Below, one piece after another: positions 17,082 to 24,873 of a stretch of 25,975 nucleotides of DNA; the stretch's first letter is position 1, and every line of letters starts with the position of its first letter. This stretch comes from Amoebidium appalachense. Its lineage: Eukaryota; Protista; Ichthyosporea. Where the stretch lies: contig CAVNZM010000009.1 in assembly GCA_963693365.1 (NCBI GenBank), forward strand, positions 1 to 25,975, read 5' to 3'. The notes under the pieces are model-generated. The model had not been told where the DNA came from. It saw only the letters and a program-made list of their open reading frames with translations, and made no database searches. A program made the position numbers and the translations under genes.

Positions 17082-17744
17082 TCACTGGCTAATTGCCCTT
17101 ATTTTTGCAAAGGATACCCTGTATCCTTTTGCTATGGTTGACCCAGGTACATAAACACTCACACGCTCTCCGAGCACCTGCCTGAGAGTCCTGCCCATGG
17201 TGTTGACACTAGCCTTGCTGTGGTCTTTGCCATTTTTCTGGCACCAGACCTGGAAAATTGGTAGAAGGGTGGCGGAATCAGTGATAGTGCCATCCTTGAT
17301 GTGTGGAGTATCACCATCGGTAACCAAACTCTTGAGAAACAGCACGTAGTCCTCCCGGCAGAGGGTAATCTCAGGAAGATCACATACAACTGGCTGCATC
17401 TCAGACTTTGGAGGGCAAGCCTGTGACCCCCACATTAGCTCCATTACATCCTGCTCGACTGTTACTCGTATACCCAGACGAGACATTGTCTCAACTGCCA
17501 CTCTGAACACCTCGATCGGTGCTGTATCAAATAGGTGAATTCTTGGACGATGTTTAGGATAGAACCCCCAATAGGATAGCACCTGCCCAATGGCGGACTT
17601 CCATTTGGAAGCACGCTTAACTTCGATGATTTCGGTGCTCGTCAAAAGGTCAATTCGTCCAGCTGGAGTTAAGACCTCGGTAGTCCCCCCTTCTATTTGT
17701 GCTAGTCTGTCTCTGACAGACGCCTCGTCGTAGTCGGCCATCAT
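17082..17744 (-). CDS. PD-(D/E)xK endonuclease fused to a helicase-type C-terminal winged-helix-like domain
   Basis: EVLTPAGRIDLLTSTEIIEVKRASKWKSAIGQVLSY...YP...RIHLF. The C-terminus aligns by eye with the C-terminus of 10494-11933. Confidence 0.78.
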   Translation of the reverse strand: MMADYDEASVRDRLAQIEGGTTEVLTPAGRIDLLTSTEIIEVKRASKWKSAIGQVLSYWGFYPKHRPRIHLFDTAPIEVFRVAVETMSRLGIRVTVEQDVMELMWGSQACPPKSEMQPVVCDLPEITLCREDYVLFLKSLVTDGDTPHIKDGTITDSATLLPIFQVWCQKNGKDHSKASVNTMGRTLRQVLGERVSVYVPGSTIAKGYRVSFAKIRAISQ

Positions 17745-17798
17745 ATAAGCACAAAGAAAAAAAAAACATCAAGCCCAAGCGAGCCGCCGGTGAGCCAC

Positions 17799-17870
17799 CG
17801 TGCCTCCCCGTCCTCCCCGGCCCCATGCTTAGTGTGCCACCCCCAGCCACCCCCAGCCCCCCATGCCCCG
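17799..17870. repeat. GC-rich dispersed repeat, copy 3 (3' half)
   Basis: CGTGCCTCCCCGTCCTCC...TGCCACCCCCAGCCACCCCCAGCCCCCCATGCCCCG matches the 3' half of copy 2. Confidence 0.65.
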
Positions 17871-17933
17871 CCGCGGTAGCTTTGAAAGCTGTTTTCAGAC
17901 TAAGTGCAAGACCTGCTTGCTCGTCTCTGACGT

Positions 17934-18404
17934 TTATTGGATGTCGACATGGTGTTTTCGGATGTGATACCAGAGACTGGCTCGCTGGCGATATGACACC
18001 TGGCAGCCTGGTTCCTTACATTGGTATGGGCGGTCTCCAGTGTGGCGATTCATGTGCACTACGAGTGCGTCTTTACTATTAAAGTTGGCTTCACAACCAT
18101 CCCATGTGCATTTAAATGCTCTTGCATCTGTGTGCTTGTACTGGTGCATTTTTAGTTGGCTTTTACATCTAAACACAGCTTTACACCCATCCCAACTGCA
18201 TTGGTATGGTGCTTCCCCCGTGTGAAGCCGATAGTGAACCTCGAACGAGTGTTTCTGTGTAAATCTTCTTATGCACCCTGGCCACGAACAGACATGAGGA
18301 CGGTGACCCAGGTGTGTGAGAGTGTGTCGCCTGAGTGCTGCATTACTATCAAAAGGCATTTTACAAGTCTCCCAATCACACACAAAGGCTAGTTGCGCCT
18401 CCAT
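17934..18404 (-). CDS. C2H2 zinc-finger protein (5 fingers)
   Basis: Five C-x4-C...H-x3-H fingers with HTGEAPY/HTGDRPY linkers. AAACATGG start. Confidence 0.93.
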   Translation of the reverse strand: MEAQLAFVCDWETCKMPFDSNAALRRHTLTHLGHRPHVCSWPGCIRRFTQKHSFEVHYRLHTGEAPYQCSWDGCKAVFRCKSQLKMHQYKHTDARAFKCTWDGCEANFNSKDALVVHMNRHTGDRPYQCKEPGCQVSYRQRASLWYHIRKHHVDIQ

Positions 18405-18651
18405 GTTTCACTGTAAACTCTGGATAAAAAAAAAATATTAACCATCTGGACTGATCGGGGGTTCTCTGATGTCGATTATCGCAACCCCCAAAACACCCTA
18501 TCCTCCAATCAAATGGCTCCGTTTTTTGACCTCCCCTTAGCTCAAACCCTCTCCCGACCTCCCGATTCTCCCGATAAAATAACCTTATATAGAAGCAGTA
18601 AGAAATCAATTAGAAAAACTGCAAAGTTACGTGACTTTTAACCAATCATTA

Positions 18652-18712
18652 TCTCCCGATATCTCCCGATGTTGGATTTCGATCGGGAGATCGATCTGGA
18701 GATATCGGGAGA
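18652..18712. terminator. Hairpin/inverted repeat built from TCTCCCGAT units, immediately after the helicase stop
   Basis: 18652-18666 TCTCCCGATATCTCC pairs perfectly with 18698-18712. An alternative inner pair is 18661-18670/18682-18691. The terminator role is inferred. Confidence 0.5.
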
Positions 18713-18717
18713 ATTGT

Positions 18718-20244
18718 TCAAGCCTTAGCAATGGCTCTTGGGCATAATATATAGCAATCTGCCTTCGCGCTGGTACCGGTTGGGGGGTGGTATGGCCATC
18801 TGCAGATGTTTGCTTCCAGTGTAGTCTTCGGCTTGCCCAGAATTTTCCTGATAGCCATCCCAAAAGTCCGGTTGCTTGGCAGTTTTGTGTCTCGGGCATT
18901 GATCTTGTGCCAAGCTTGGTACAGCTGAAACAGGCCTGTAGGGGTAACAGCACAGCCGCTGTAAATGAAGTCAAACTCCTCACAGCCATTTGTGTGAGAG
19001 ATGAGGTCCTTGAGAAATTGAGCCTCGTCGCTCCGGCTAATCGATTTGATGTTCATCTTTGTGTCGTTATCCATAGGCCTGGGCATTGTTTGGGGGATGT
19101 CTGGCATGTTCATGAAGTCGTGGTAAATTGCTGCCAATACGTCAGGACGTCTGTGATACTCCACAAAGGCCTCGAAGTATTTGTGGTCACCAATCCGTTC
19201 CGGACTGACCCCAAAACATGCCCATCGCCTATCACTGGTCTCCACACGTACAGGCCAATCTTCGTTAGACAAGACAACATATCGCTCATACGAGTTGGTG
19301 TTGATTGCATCACATCCTTTCTTCTCCAACATCATGGTGGGCTGTGTAATGCGCGCCTTCATTAAGTTGTTAGTTTCGTGTGAACCACCCCACGTCACCT
19401 CGTCGCACAGCACAAGAAGTTTGTTTGCAATGTGCTGGTTGAACTTTCCCGACATGTGCTCCCGGTGAATGACATAGGCGTAGTACTCTGGTGAAAGGAT
19501 GTCCATGATTGCCTGCCACCACACGTTCTTTCCGGTTCCTTGTTCAGATACAAACAGCAGTGCTGTACCTGGTTTGCTTCCAGGGTACTGAAACAGGTGG
19601 GCAACCCACATCCGCAGATAACTGTACTCGTCTTCCCGGTTGTTGCACAGAACCCTTCTGGCATGCTCGTGGAACGAGCTGGTCAGGTCTTGACGCAGAC
19701 AGTACTCTGGGTCAAAATTGAAACGGAGTCCTCGATAGATATTGTATGGACGATAGACCGAATCGGTATTGTCTGGCTTTCGTTTTCCGGTTTTGGGGTC
19801 AGGATCAGCTGGGTCAAAGATGATCTTGGTGTAGATGGGGATTGCGGTTGTTTTTAAGATTTCTGTCCCATTAATTGGAGGTTGGGGCTTCCATTGTTTT
19901 CCAACCTTCATGTTTGGCTGCCGAAATGAAAAGAGTGAAAGTGTTGCATAGATTTCCTGCCTGCTGACGATCTTTGCAACATGCTGTTTAATCTCATGGT
20001 CAAATGTTTTCAGGACAAATAGAGTTGTCCCGCTGATGTGTGCAACATTGGCGCCTATGAATTCCTCCACCTCCTCTCTCGCCCACTCTCTGAATTCGCA
20101 GGTCGCTGGGTTCATCATCAGCCCCTTATAGGCATCAGCCCCGAGATACTCAAATGCTTCAAAGCGCTCTTTGCTTCTCTTTCTGATACGCTCTTGATCG
20201 ATGCCAAACATTGTCTCTTGTCCAGTTTGTTGGTGTGTCTGCAT
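18718..20244 (-). CDS. SF3 helicase (D5/DUF5906-type) paralogue without a primase domain
   Basis: SEQGTGKN, VLCDE, VLSN and DRRW motifs. Collinear with 10494-11933 (FDPADPDPKTG, HLFQYPGSKPGTALL). Confidence 0.88.
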   Translation of the reverse strand: MQTHQQTGQETMFGIDQERIRKRSKERFEAFEYLGADAYKGLMMNPATCEFREWAREEVEEFIGANVAHISGTTLFVLKTFDHEIKQHVAKIVSRQEIYATLSLFSFRQPNMKVGKQWKPQPPINGTEILKTTAIPIYTKIIFDPADPDPKTGKRKPDNTDSVYRPYNIYRGLRFNFDPEYCLRQDLTSSFHEHARRVLCNNREDEYSYLRMWVAHLFQYPGSKPGTALLFVSEQGTGKNVWWQAIMDILSPEYYAYVIHREHMSGKFNQHIANKLLVLCDEVTWGGSHETNNLMKARITQPTMMLEKKGCDAINTNSYERYVVLSNEDWPVRVETSDRRWACFGVSPERIGDHKYFEAFVEYHRRPDVLAAIYHDFMNMPDIPQTMPRPMDNDTKMNIKSISRSDEAQFLKDLISHTNGCEEFDFIYSGCAVTPTGLFQLYQAWHKINARDTKLPSNRTFGMAIRKILGKPKTTLEANICRWPYHPPTGTSAKADCYILCPRAIAKA

Positions 20245-20304
20245 TATTAGTATTGCTGAGAAAATATTTACGCAGGGACACTGCTGGAAAATACTGAATT
20301 TTCT

Positions 20305-20319
20305 GCCTTTTATACCCTT
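20305..20319 (-). promoter_or_regulatory. TATA box (AAGGGTATAAAAGGC)
   Basis: TATA starts 70 nt upstream of ATG 20244. The flanking sequence resembles the PCNA promoter. Confidence 0.62.
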
Positions 20320-20349
20320 GGGGTTGGGGCTGCCGGGTCCAGAAAACTC

Positions 20350-20844
20350 TCAATTTTTCGATGCGTCGCCCTGGAAAATGTTGAACGTCCGGCTATGGGT
20401 AGACGTGTAACGCGGGTTGCGAACGCCAGTCTCGGGATCGGGGTCGTTGCGGTCGAAGACGATGCCACCGTGGTAAACGACCATATGACTGCTGTCCAAG
20501 TGCCACGATCCCTTGTATATCTTTATCTTCTTGCCTGTCGGGTTGTATTTGAACTTGTACTTGGACAGCATGTCGGCCACATTCTTCTTCGACTTGATCT
20601 CGAAGACGAATCTCCCATCCTTGAAACGCTTGAAGATGTACGCACCGTCCGGGTGGGAATATGCCACCAGAGTACGGCAGAACGTATGAATCTGCTCCTC
20701 CGTCCACTCGTGTTGCTCAACGATGTCCGCGTCCAACCAGTTGTTGCGAGTGCCTGTTGTCCTCTCAAACTCCTCGTATGCTGCAAGCTTGAGCTGCTCG
20801 TTCTCGGACATACCCGTTGCTATCTTCATGTACAGATCTTCCAT
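20350..20844 (-). CDS. Stand-alone paralogue of the helicase N-terminal domain (truncated helicase copy)
   Basis: HEWTEEQIHTF...VAY...YIFK...IVFDRNDPDPETG...TFNIFQG matches the N-termini of both helicases and stops before the ATPase. CAACATGG start with TATAAATA 66 nt upstream. Confidence 0.75.
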   Translation of the reverse strand: MEDLYMKIATGMSENEQLKLAAYEEFERTTGTRNNWLDADIVEQHEWTEEQIHTFCRTLVAYSHPDGAYIFKRFKDGRFVFEIKSKKNVADMLSKYKFKYNPTGKKIKIYKGSWHLDSSHMVVYHGGIVFDRNDPDPETGVRNPRYTSTHSRTFNIFQGDASKN

Positions 20845-20905
20845 GTTGTCCGTTGTATATATGGTTAGATAATATCTGACGGGTGTCGCCTTGTGTTTGG
20901 GGTAT

Positions 20906-21343
20906 TTATATCGGCTCGGATGCTGAACCCACCAGCTCGGGGTGCGCGGCTCTGACATGGCAGTTGAGCGCAGCCGACCGGTTGAACGCAGATGTACAGC
21001 CCACAGACGGACACCTGAGGGTGTTCCGCACAGGCTGTTTTGGCGTCTTGTTTTCCTTGTGGACTAAGCGCCGGTGCCACCACAGTGCGGCAGGGTACGG
21101 GAAGTCGGCCGGGCACGTGTCACAGACGTATGGCCGCTCACCGGTATGCATTCGCACATGCAGCTTCATGTAATCGCTGCGGGTAAAGGTAGCAAAGCAG
21201 CCTTCATGGGGGCACGTGTAAGGGCGTTTCTCGGAGTGTGTTGCGGCACGGTGTCTTTTCATGTTTGCGTTTGTGGTGAACGTTTGGGCACAGTCGGTGC
21301 ATGGAAATACTCTCTTGTGTGGGGGTCTGCATGGTTCAGCCAT
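20906..21343 (-). CDS. C2H2 zinc-finger protein (4 fingers)
   Basis: FPCTDC...HRAATH, YTCPHEGC...HVRMHTGERPYVCDTC...HRRLVH and CPSVGC...HVRAAH. Likely ATG is 21343. Confidence 0.9.
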   Translation of the reverse strand: MAEPCRPPHKRVFPCTDCAQTFTTNANMKRHRAATHSEKRPYTCPHEGCFATFTRSDYMKLHVRMHTGERPYVCDTCPADFPYPAALWWHRRLVHKENKTPKQPVRNTLRCPSVGCTSAFNRSAALNCHVRAAHPELVGSASEPI

Positions 21344-21395
21344 TGCTAAAGAAAGGGTAGAAAATGAATGTGGCCCCCCCCCCCCCCCCCCCCCC

Positions 21396-21650
21396 CTACC
21401 ACCTGTACACCAGCACGCCGGCCAGCAGCACGAGCAGCACCATGCATGCAAGCGCTATGCCCCTCCACATCGAAGCCCTCTTGAGCTGTGCATCATGGTC
21501 GTCCAATGAAGTGCCCATGTAGAGCATGAAGCGCGTGTTGTTGTCGATGGTCAGGTGGTACTCGTGCGGGTCGGCGGCAATGTCATCCCTGCGCACCCAC
21601 GAGTTACTCGGGTTGTCAAATCTCAGGTTTGCAATGTTCGGTGAAGTCAT
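21396..21650 (-). CDS. Small tail-anchored membrane protein
   Basis: MTSPNIANLRF... ending in a hydrophobic helix GIALACMVLLVLLAGVLVYRW. The stop runs into a G23 tract. Confidence 0.55.
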   Translation of the reverse strand: MTSPNIANLRFDNPSNSWVRRDDIAADPHEYHLTIDNNTRFMLYMGTSLDDHDAQLKRASMWRGIALACMVLLVLLAGVLVYRW

Positions 21651-21730
21651 ACCTTCCAAAGAGATACTTTGGAGCGCCCCCTCCCCAGCAACTCGGGGAG
21701 CACACACAGAGATTATGCATCGCAGTGCTA

Positions 21731-21880
21731 ATGGAACCTAAAAACCGCTGGGACGTAGGGCGCGCCAAGACGGAGGACGCACTGACGAGGTACATGGACA
21801 GGGTGTGCTCGGGTGAGGATCCGGAAGGAACATGGTGGTTTCTTTCACTTGTGAAAAGTTATGTATCACAGGGACAGTAG
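21731..21880 (+). CDS. Possible 49-aa protein
   Basis: ATG 21731 MEPKNRWDVG... with GC3-rich codons, followed by an AT-rich tract. Short, with no motif. Confidence 0.3.
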   Translation: MEPKNRWDVGRAKTEDALTRYMDRVCSGEDPEGTWWFLSLVKSYVSQGQ

Positions 21881-21939
21881 TTCTTCAATTCTTTTCGTAT
21901 CAATGTCAGATACATCGTTTTTTTATTTTCTATTTTTTA

Positions 21940-22356
21940 TTATTCAACACGGCTGCGCTTCTCAGGCGACAGTGAAGGGTCCTCGGGCGACCGCGCGCGC
22001 TTGCTCTCGGGGGGCTTCTCGTCTGATGGCTCCTCGTCGGAGTCGTGGATGCACACGGCGGGCTCCTCCTCCTCATCGGAGATGCATATGGGCTCGTCGT
22101 CGCTGAGGTTCTTCAGGAGCCTCCCTGTGTGCAGACGCGTGCTGGCCTTGAGGTGCAGATACTTCTTGCGCAGCACCTTGTACTTGCGCCGCAGCTCCAG
22201 CTCGCTGGCGCGCGCACGGTCGAGGTCACGCTTTGCCTCCTCGTACAGGTACTGCTGCCATTCGGGAGGCCACGCGGCAAATGACCCTGGGGGCCGTGGA
22301 CTGGCAGGCTGCTCGGCTGGGTCAGGGCCGGCCTTTGGAGATGGTGGGCCGGACAT
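21940..22356 (-). CDS. Small coiled-coil protein with an acidic tail, SIM-like and NLS-like motifs
   Basis: WQQYLYEEAKRDLDRARASELELRRKYKVLRKKY helix; ICISDEEEE and VCIHDSDEE; KRAR/KRSR. Confidence 0.65.
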   Translation of the reverse strand: MSGPPSPKAGPDPAEQPASPRPPGSFAAWPPEWQQYLYEEAKRDLDRARASELELRRKYKVLRKKYLHLKASTRLHTGRLLKNLSDDEPICISDEEEEPAVCIHDSDEEPSDEKPPESKRARSPEDPSLSPEKRSRVE

Positions 22357-22581
22357 TGTCGGTGAAGAGAAACAGGAAGAGTGAAAAGTGTCAGCATAGA
22401 GCTGAGTCGCGGCTTTAATTGCCTGCCAGGCTGACAGCTATCGCGTTTTGATTGGATGGACATGATATATCTGATCGAGTCAAAATTGACCAATTACAAG
22501 AGACGATCGGAATTTATATGTACTATCCAATCGCGACTGACCATTCAGCGCGTGAGACGTAATCTATCAATAAGATGATCT

Positions 22582-22648
22582 CCAATCAGATCGCGCCGTG
22601 GGCATGCCATACCAGTGCTTTACTGATCGGAGAGCCACATATAAAAGC
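22582..22648 (+). promoter_or_regulatory. CCAAT box plus TATA box promoter of the MYND gene
   Basis: CCAATCAGATCG at 22582, TATAAAAG at 22640 and ATG at 22717. Confidence 0.6.
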
Positions 22649-22716
22649 GCTAGGTCGAGGCTGATCCCTGTCACTTTCACTATCCTCTCATTCGGGCGCG
22701 CGCTCTCACTACAGAA

Positions 22717-24087
22717 ATGTTCCACACAAGTTTTCGTCCACGCACTGGAATTGACAATCCAGTTAAACGGTGCGGGCTTTTACCATTCGCCGTCCGCCTC
22801 CATTACTCGGATGCCAAAGATCAGTATGACGCCATTGTCTATGCGCTGAACGACAAATTTCAGCTCGAAAAGACCGTTGTCAGGGCCCACATGCTGGACA
22901 TTGGAAGAGACGGCGACCTCCGCATCTTCGACACAAAGGAGCTCTTTGATGGTTTCCGTTCAGCCTTTGAGAATGAGATGTCCTTTGTGCCGACACGGTT
23001 GCAAACCCTCCTGGGGCAGGAGGGGCTTGAGGAGGCTGCGCGACACCTCCTGCTTAAGCATAGGCACTCTCTCGCATTCCCGTTCTACACCGCCTTCCAG
23101 CGCTACGTCCTAGGGGCGGCGGACTATGACGCGTTTTATGAGGGCAAAATCTGCGACGGGGTTGGCAGCTTTTTCCTGCTGACGGTGAGGGCGCTGTGCA
23201 AGCGGTCCGGTCTGACAGCCCGTCCCATCGCATACTTCAGCCAACAGCCAGTCGATTCCCCCTTGGGTGTGTTTACATCCAGCGTTGGGGAAGATGCCAT
23301 GGACGACGTTGTGTTCTGTGATTTGGCTGAACGTGCCATCCAGCACTTTGTGGACAAGTTACCGTCCACGTCGTGTCTCGCCAAGGAGCCCCCTACCCAC
23401 CCCCCCGAGCCGATAGATTCTTTGTCCAAACACCAGATCGTCGTCCACACCTTCGATGCCCACTTGCATTTGCAATCGGACCCCGTCTGCGACCTGATGC
23501 TGAAAGTTCTCCACGACAGAGACCTCCGTGTCTTTTCCAACAGGGAGCGCTACATGAAATGGGACGCGGTCCTGGCGGAGGAGGTGCGTATTATAGTTGA
23601 ACGGACACAGAGGGGGGACCCAACGGTGACGAGGGCCGACCGCAATAAGGCTGTGTACTTCACGGGGGTCAGGCACTTCGCGGTCTTCCAGCGCTACGTG
23701 GTGCGGGAGCCGGACTACACTGCCGCGCACGCGGGCAACCTCAGCAGGGGAGCCGAAACCGTCATGAAGATGGCGATGCGGGTACTGTGCGAGTCTGCCG
23801 GCCTCACCCCATGCACCATGGACGAAATGGCTCGGCGGCGTGCGAGGATGGCAAGTCCTAACTATTGGCTCGCGCTGGACATCGAGCAACTGTGTCTGAT
23901 TGACTGGTGCAACCGGGCCATCAAGTACTTCGTCGATCAGCTGCCGTCGTCGGTGTGTCTGGCCTGCGGCGCTACCCGTTGCACCAAGAAGTGCTCAGCC
24001 TGCAGGCGCGCATACTACTGCAATGAGGCCTGCCAGATTACGCATTGGCATGAGCACAGGGAGGAATGCCAGAGGCAGGACCATTAG
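22717..24087 (+). CDS. MYND zinc-finger protein with an internally duplicated domain
   Basis: C-terminal CLACGATRCTKKCSACRRAYYCNEACQITHWHEHREEC. Two FQRYV...DY...LC..SGLT-like...RAI..FVD.LPS..CLA units. Confidence 0.88.
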   Translation: MFHTSFRPRTGIDNPVKRCGLLPFAVRLHYSDAKDQYDAIVYALNDKFQLEKTVVRAHMLDIGRDGDLRIFDTKELFDGFRSAFENEMSFVPTRLQTLLGQEGLEEAARHLLLKHRHSLAFPFYTAFQRYVLGAADYDAFYEGKICDGVGSFFLLTVRALCKRSGLTARPIAYFSQQPVDSPLGVFTSSVGEDAMDDVVFCDLAERAIQHFVDKLPSTSCLAKEPPTHPPEPIDSLSKHQIVVHTFDAHLHLQSDPVCDLMLKVLHDRDLRVFSNRERYMKWDAVLAEEVRIIVERTQRGDPTVTRADRNKAVYFTGVRHFAVFQRYVVREPDYTAAHAGNLSRGAETVMKMAMRVLCESAGLTPCTMDEMARRRARMASPNYWLALDIEQLCLIDWCNRAIKYFVDQLPSSVCLACGATRCTKKCSACRRAYYCNEACQITHWHEHREECQRQDH

Positions 24088-24188
24088 AGAATAGAAAACT
24101 CATGGGTTGGACTCGTACATTGGTGTGATCTCGCAGGACCATTAGAGGATAGAAAACTCATGGGTTGGACTCGTACATTGGTGTGATC
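24075..24188. repeat. Direct tandem duplication, 58-bp period, including the MYND stop codon
   Basis: GCAGGACCATTAGAGRATAGAAAACTCATGGGTTGGACTCGTACATTGGTGTGATC at 24075 and 24133 (1 mismatch). Confidence 0.93.
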
Positions 24189-24233
24189 CTGGGTTTTGTT
24201 ATGCACATTGTTTTGTATTAAAAAACTTCTATG

Positions 24234-24301
24234 ATAAAATGTGGGGATTTTTGACATCAGGCAAAATAAAATGTGGGGATTTTTCACATCAGAAAAATAA
24301 A
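24234..24301. repeat. 32-bp tandem repeat x2
   Basis: ATAAAATGTGGGGATTTTTSACATCAG at 24234 and 24266. Confidence 0.88.
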
Positions 24302-24810
24302 CATAAACATCAGTGCACCTTGTGGCGCTTTACTCGCACGCTCTGTCGGAGCACCAGTCTCCGGTATTTCGGCATGAACTCATCGGCATACACGTACTTT
24401 TTTATACGCCTCTGACCTCTCTTTTTCGACCGACCTCTTCGGTGTGACATGCCCCTCCCCCGGAAAATGTCCGCATCCGACTCCAAAAGCACCCTGTCTA
24501 GTGAAACCACTTTCTCCGCTTGCACCCAGCCGCGCACAGGTTGCTGGTCCACGCACCCTCCTCGAGCTCGAGGGACACCTTGCGCCACCCGGATTCTGCG
24601 CGCTTGATCTCGCACGCCACCACAATGTCTCCCGGTCGCACACCTGCGGTCCACATGCTTGTGCAACAGCGCACGCTCAGCACCTCACACACCGTGTCGG
24701 GCCCACGTACACACACGCCGAAACACGCAAGCGCGCACTCGTGGTCATGCAGCGCCTCGAGAACTGGCACCTTGCGAATGAGTGTGCGCCGACGCAGGCG
24801 GGGACTCTGG

Positions 24811-24823
24811 AGGGTATAAAAGC
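24811..24823 (+). promoter_or_regulatory. TATA box (AGGGTATAAAAGC)
   Basis: TATA starts 59 nt upstream of GACCATGG 24874. Confidence 0.62.
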
Positions 24824-24873
24824 GTGTGTCTGACACGGGGAGCTGCCAGTCTGAATCTGCACCAGAACCGACC

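Noticed and set aside
20845-21451. Extended N-termini in the ORF track (20958 and 21451 starts)
   Set aside because: They overlap neighbouring genes or run through a G homopolymer. Downstream ATGs (20844, 21343) fit better.
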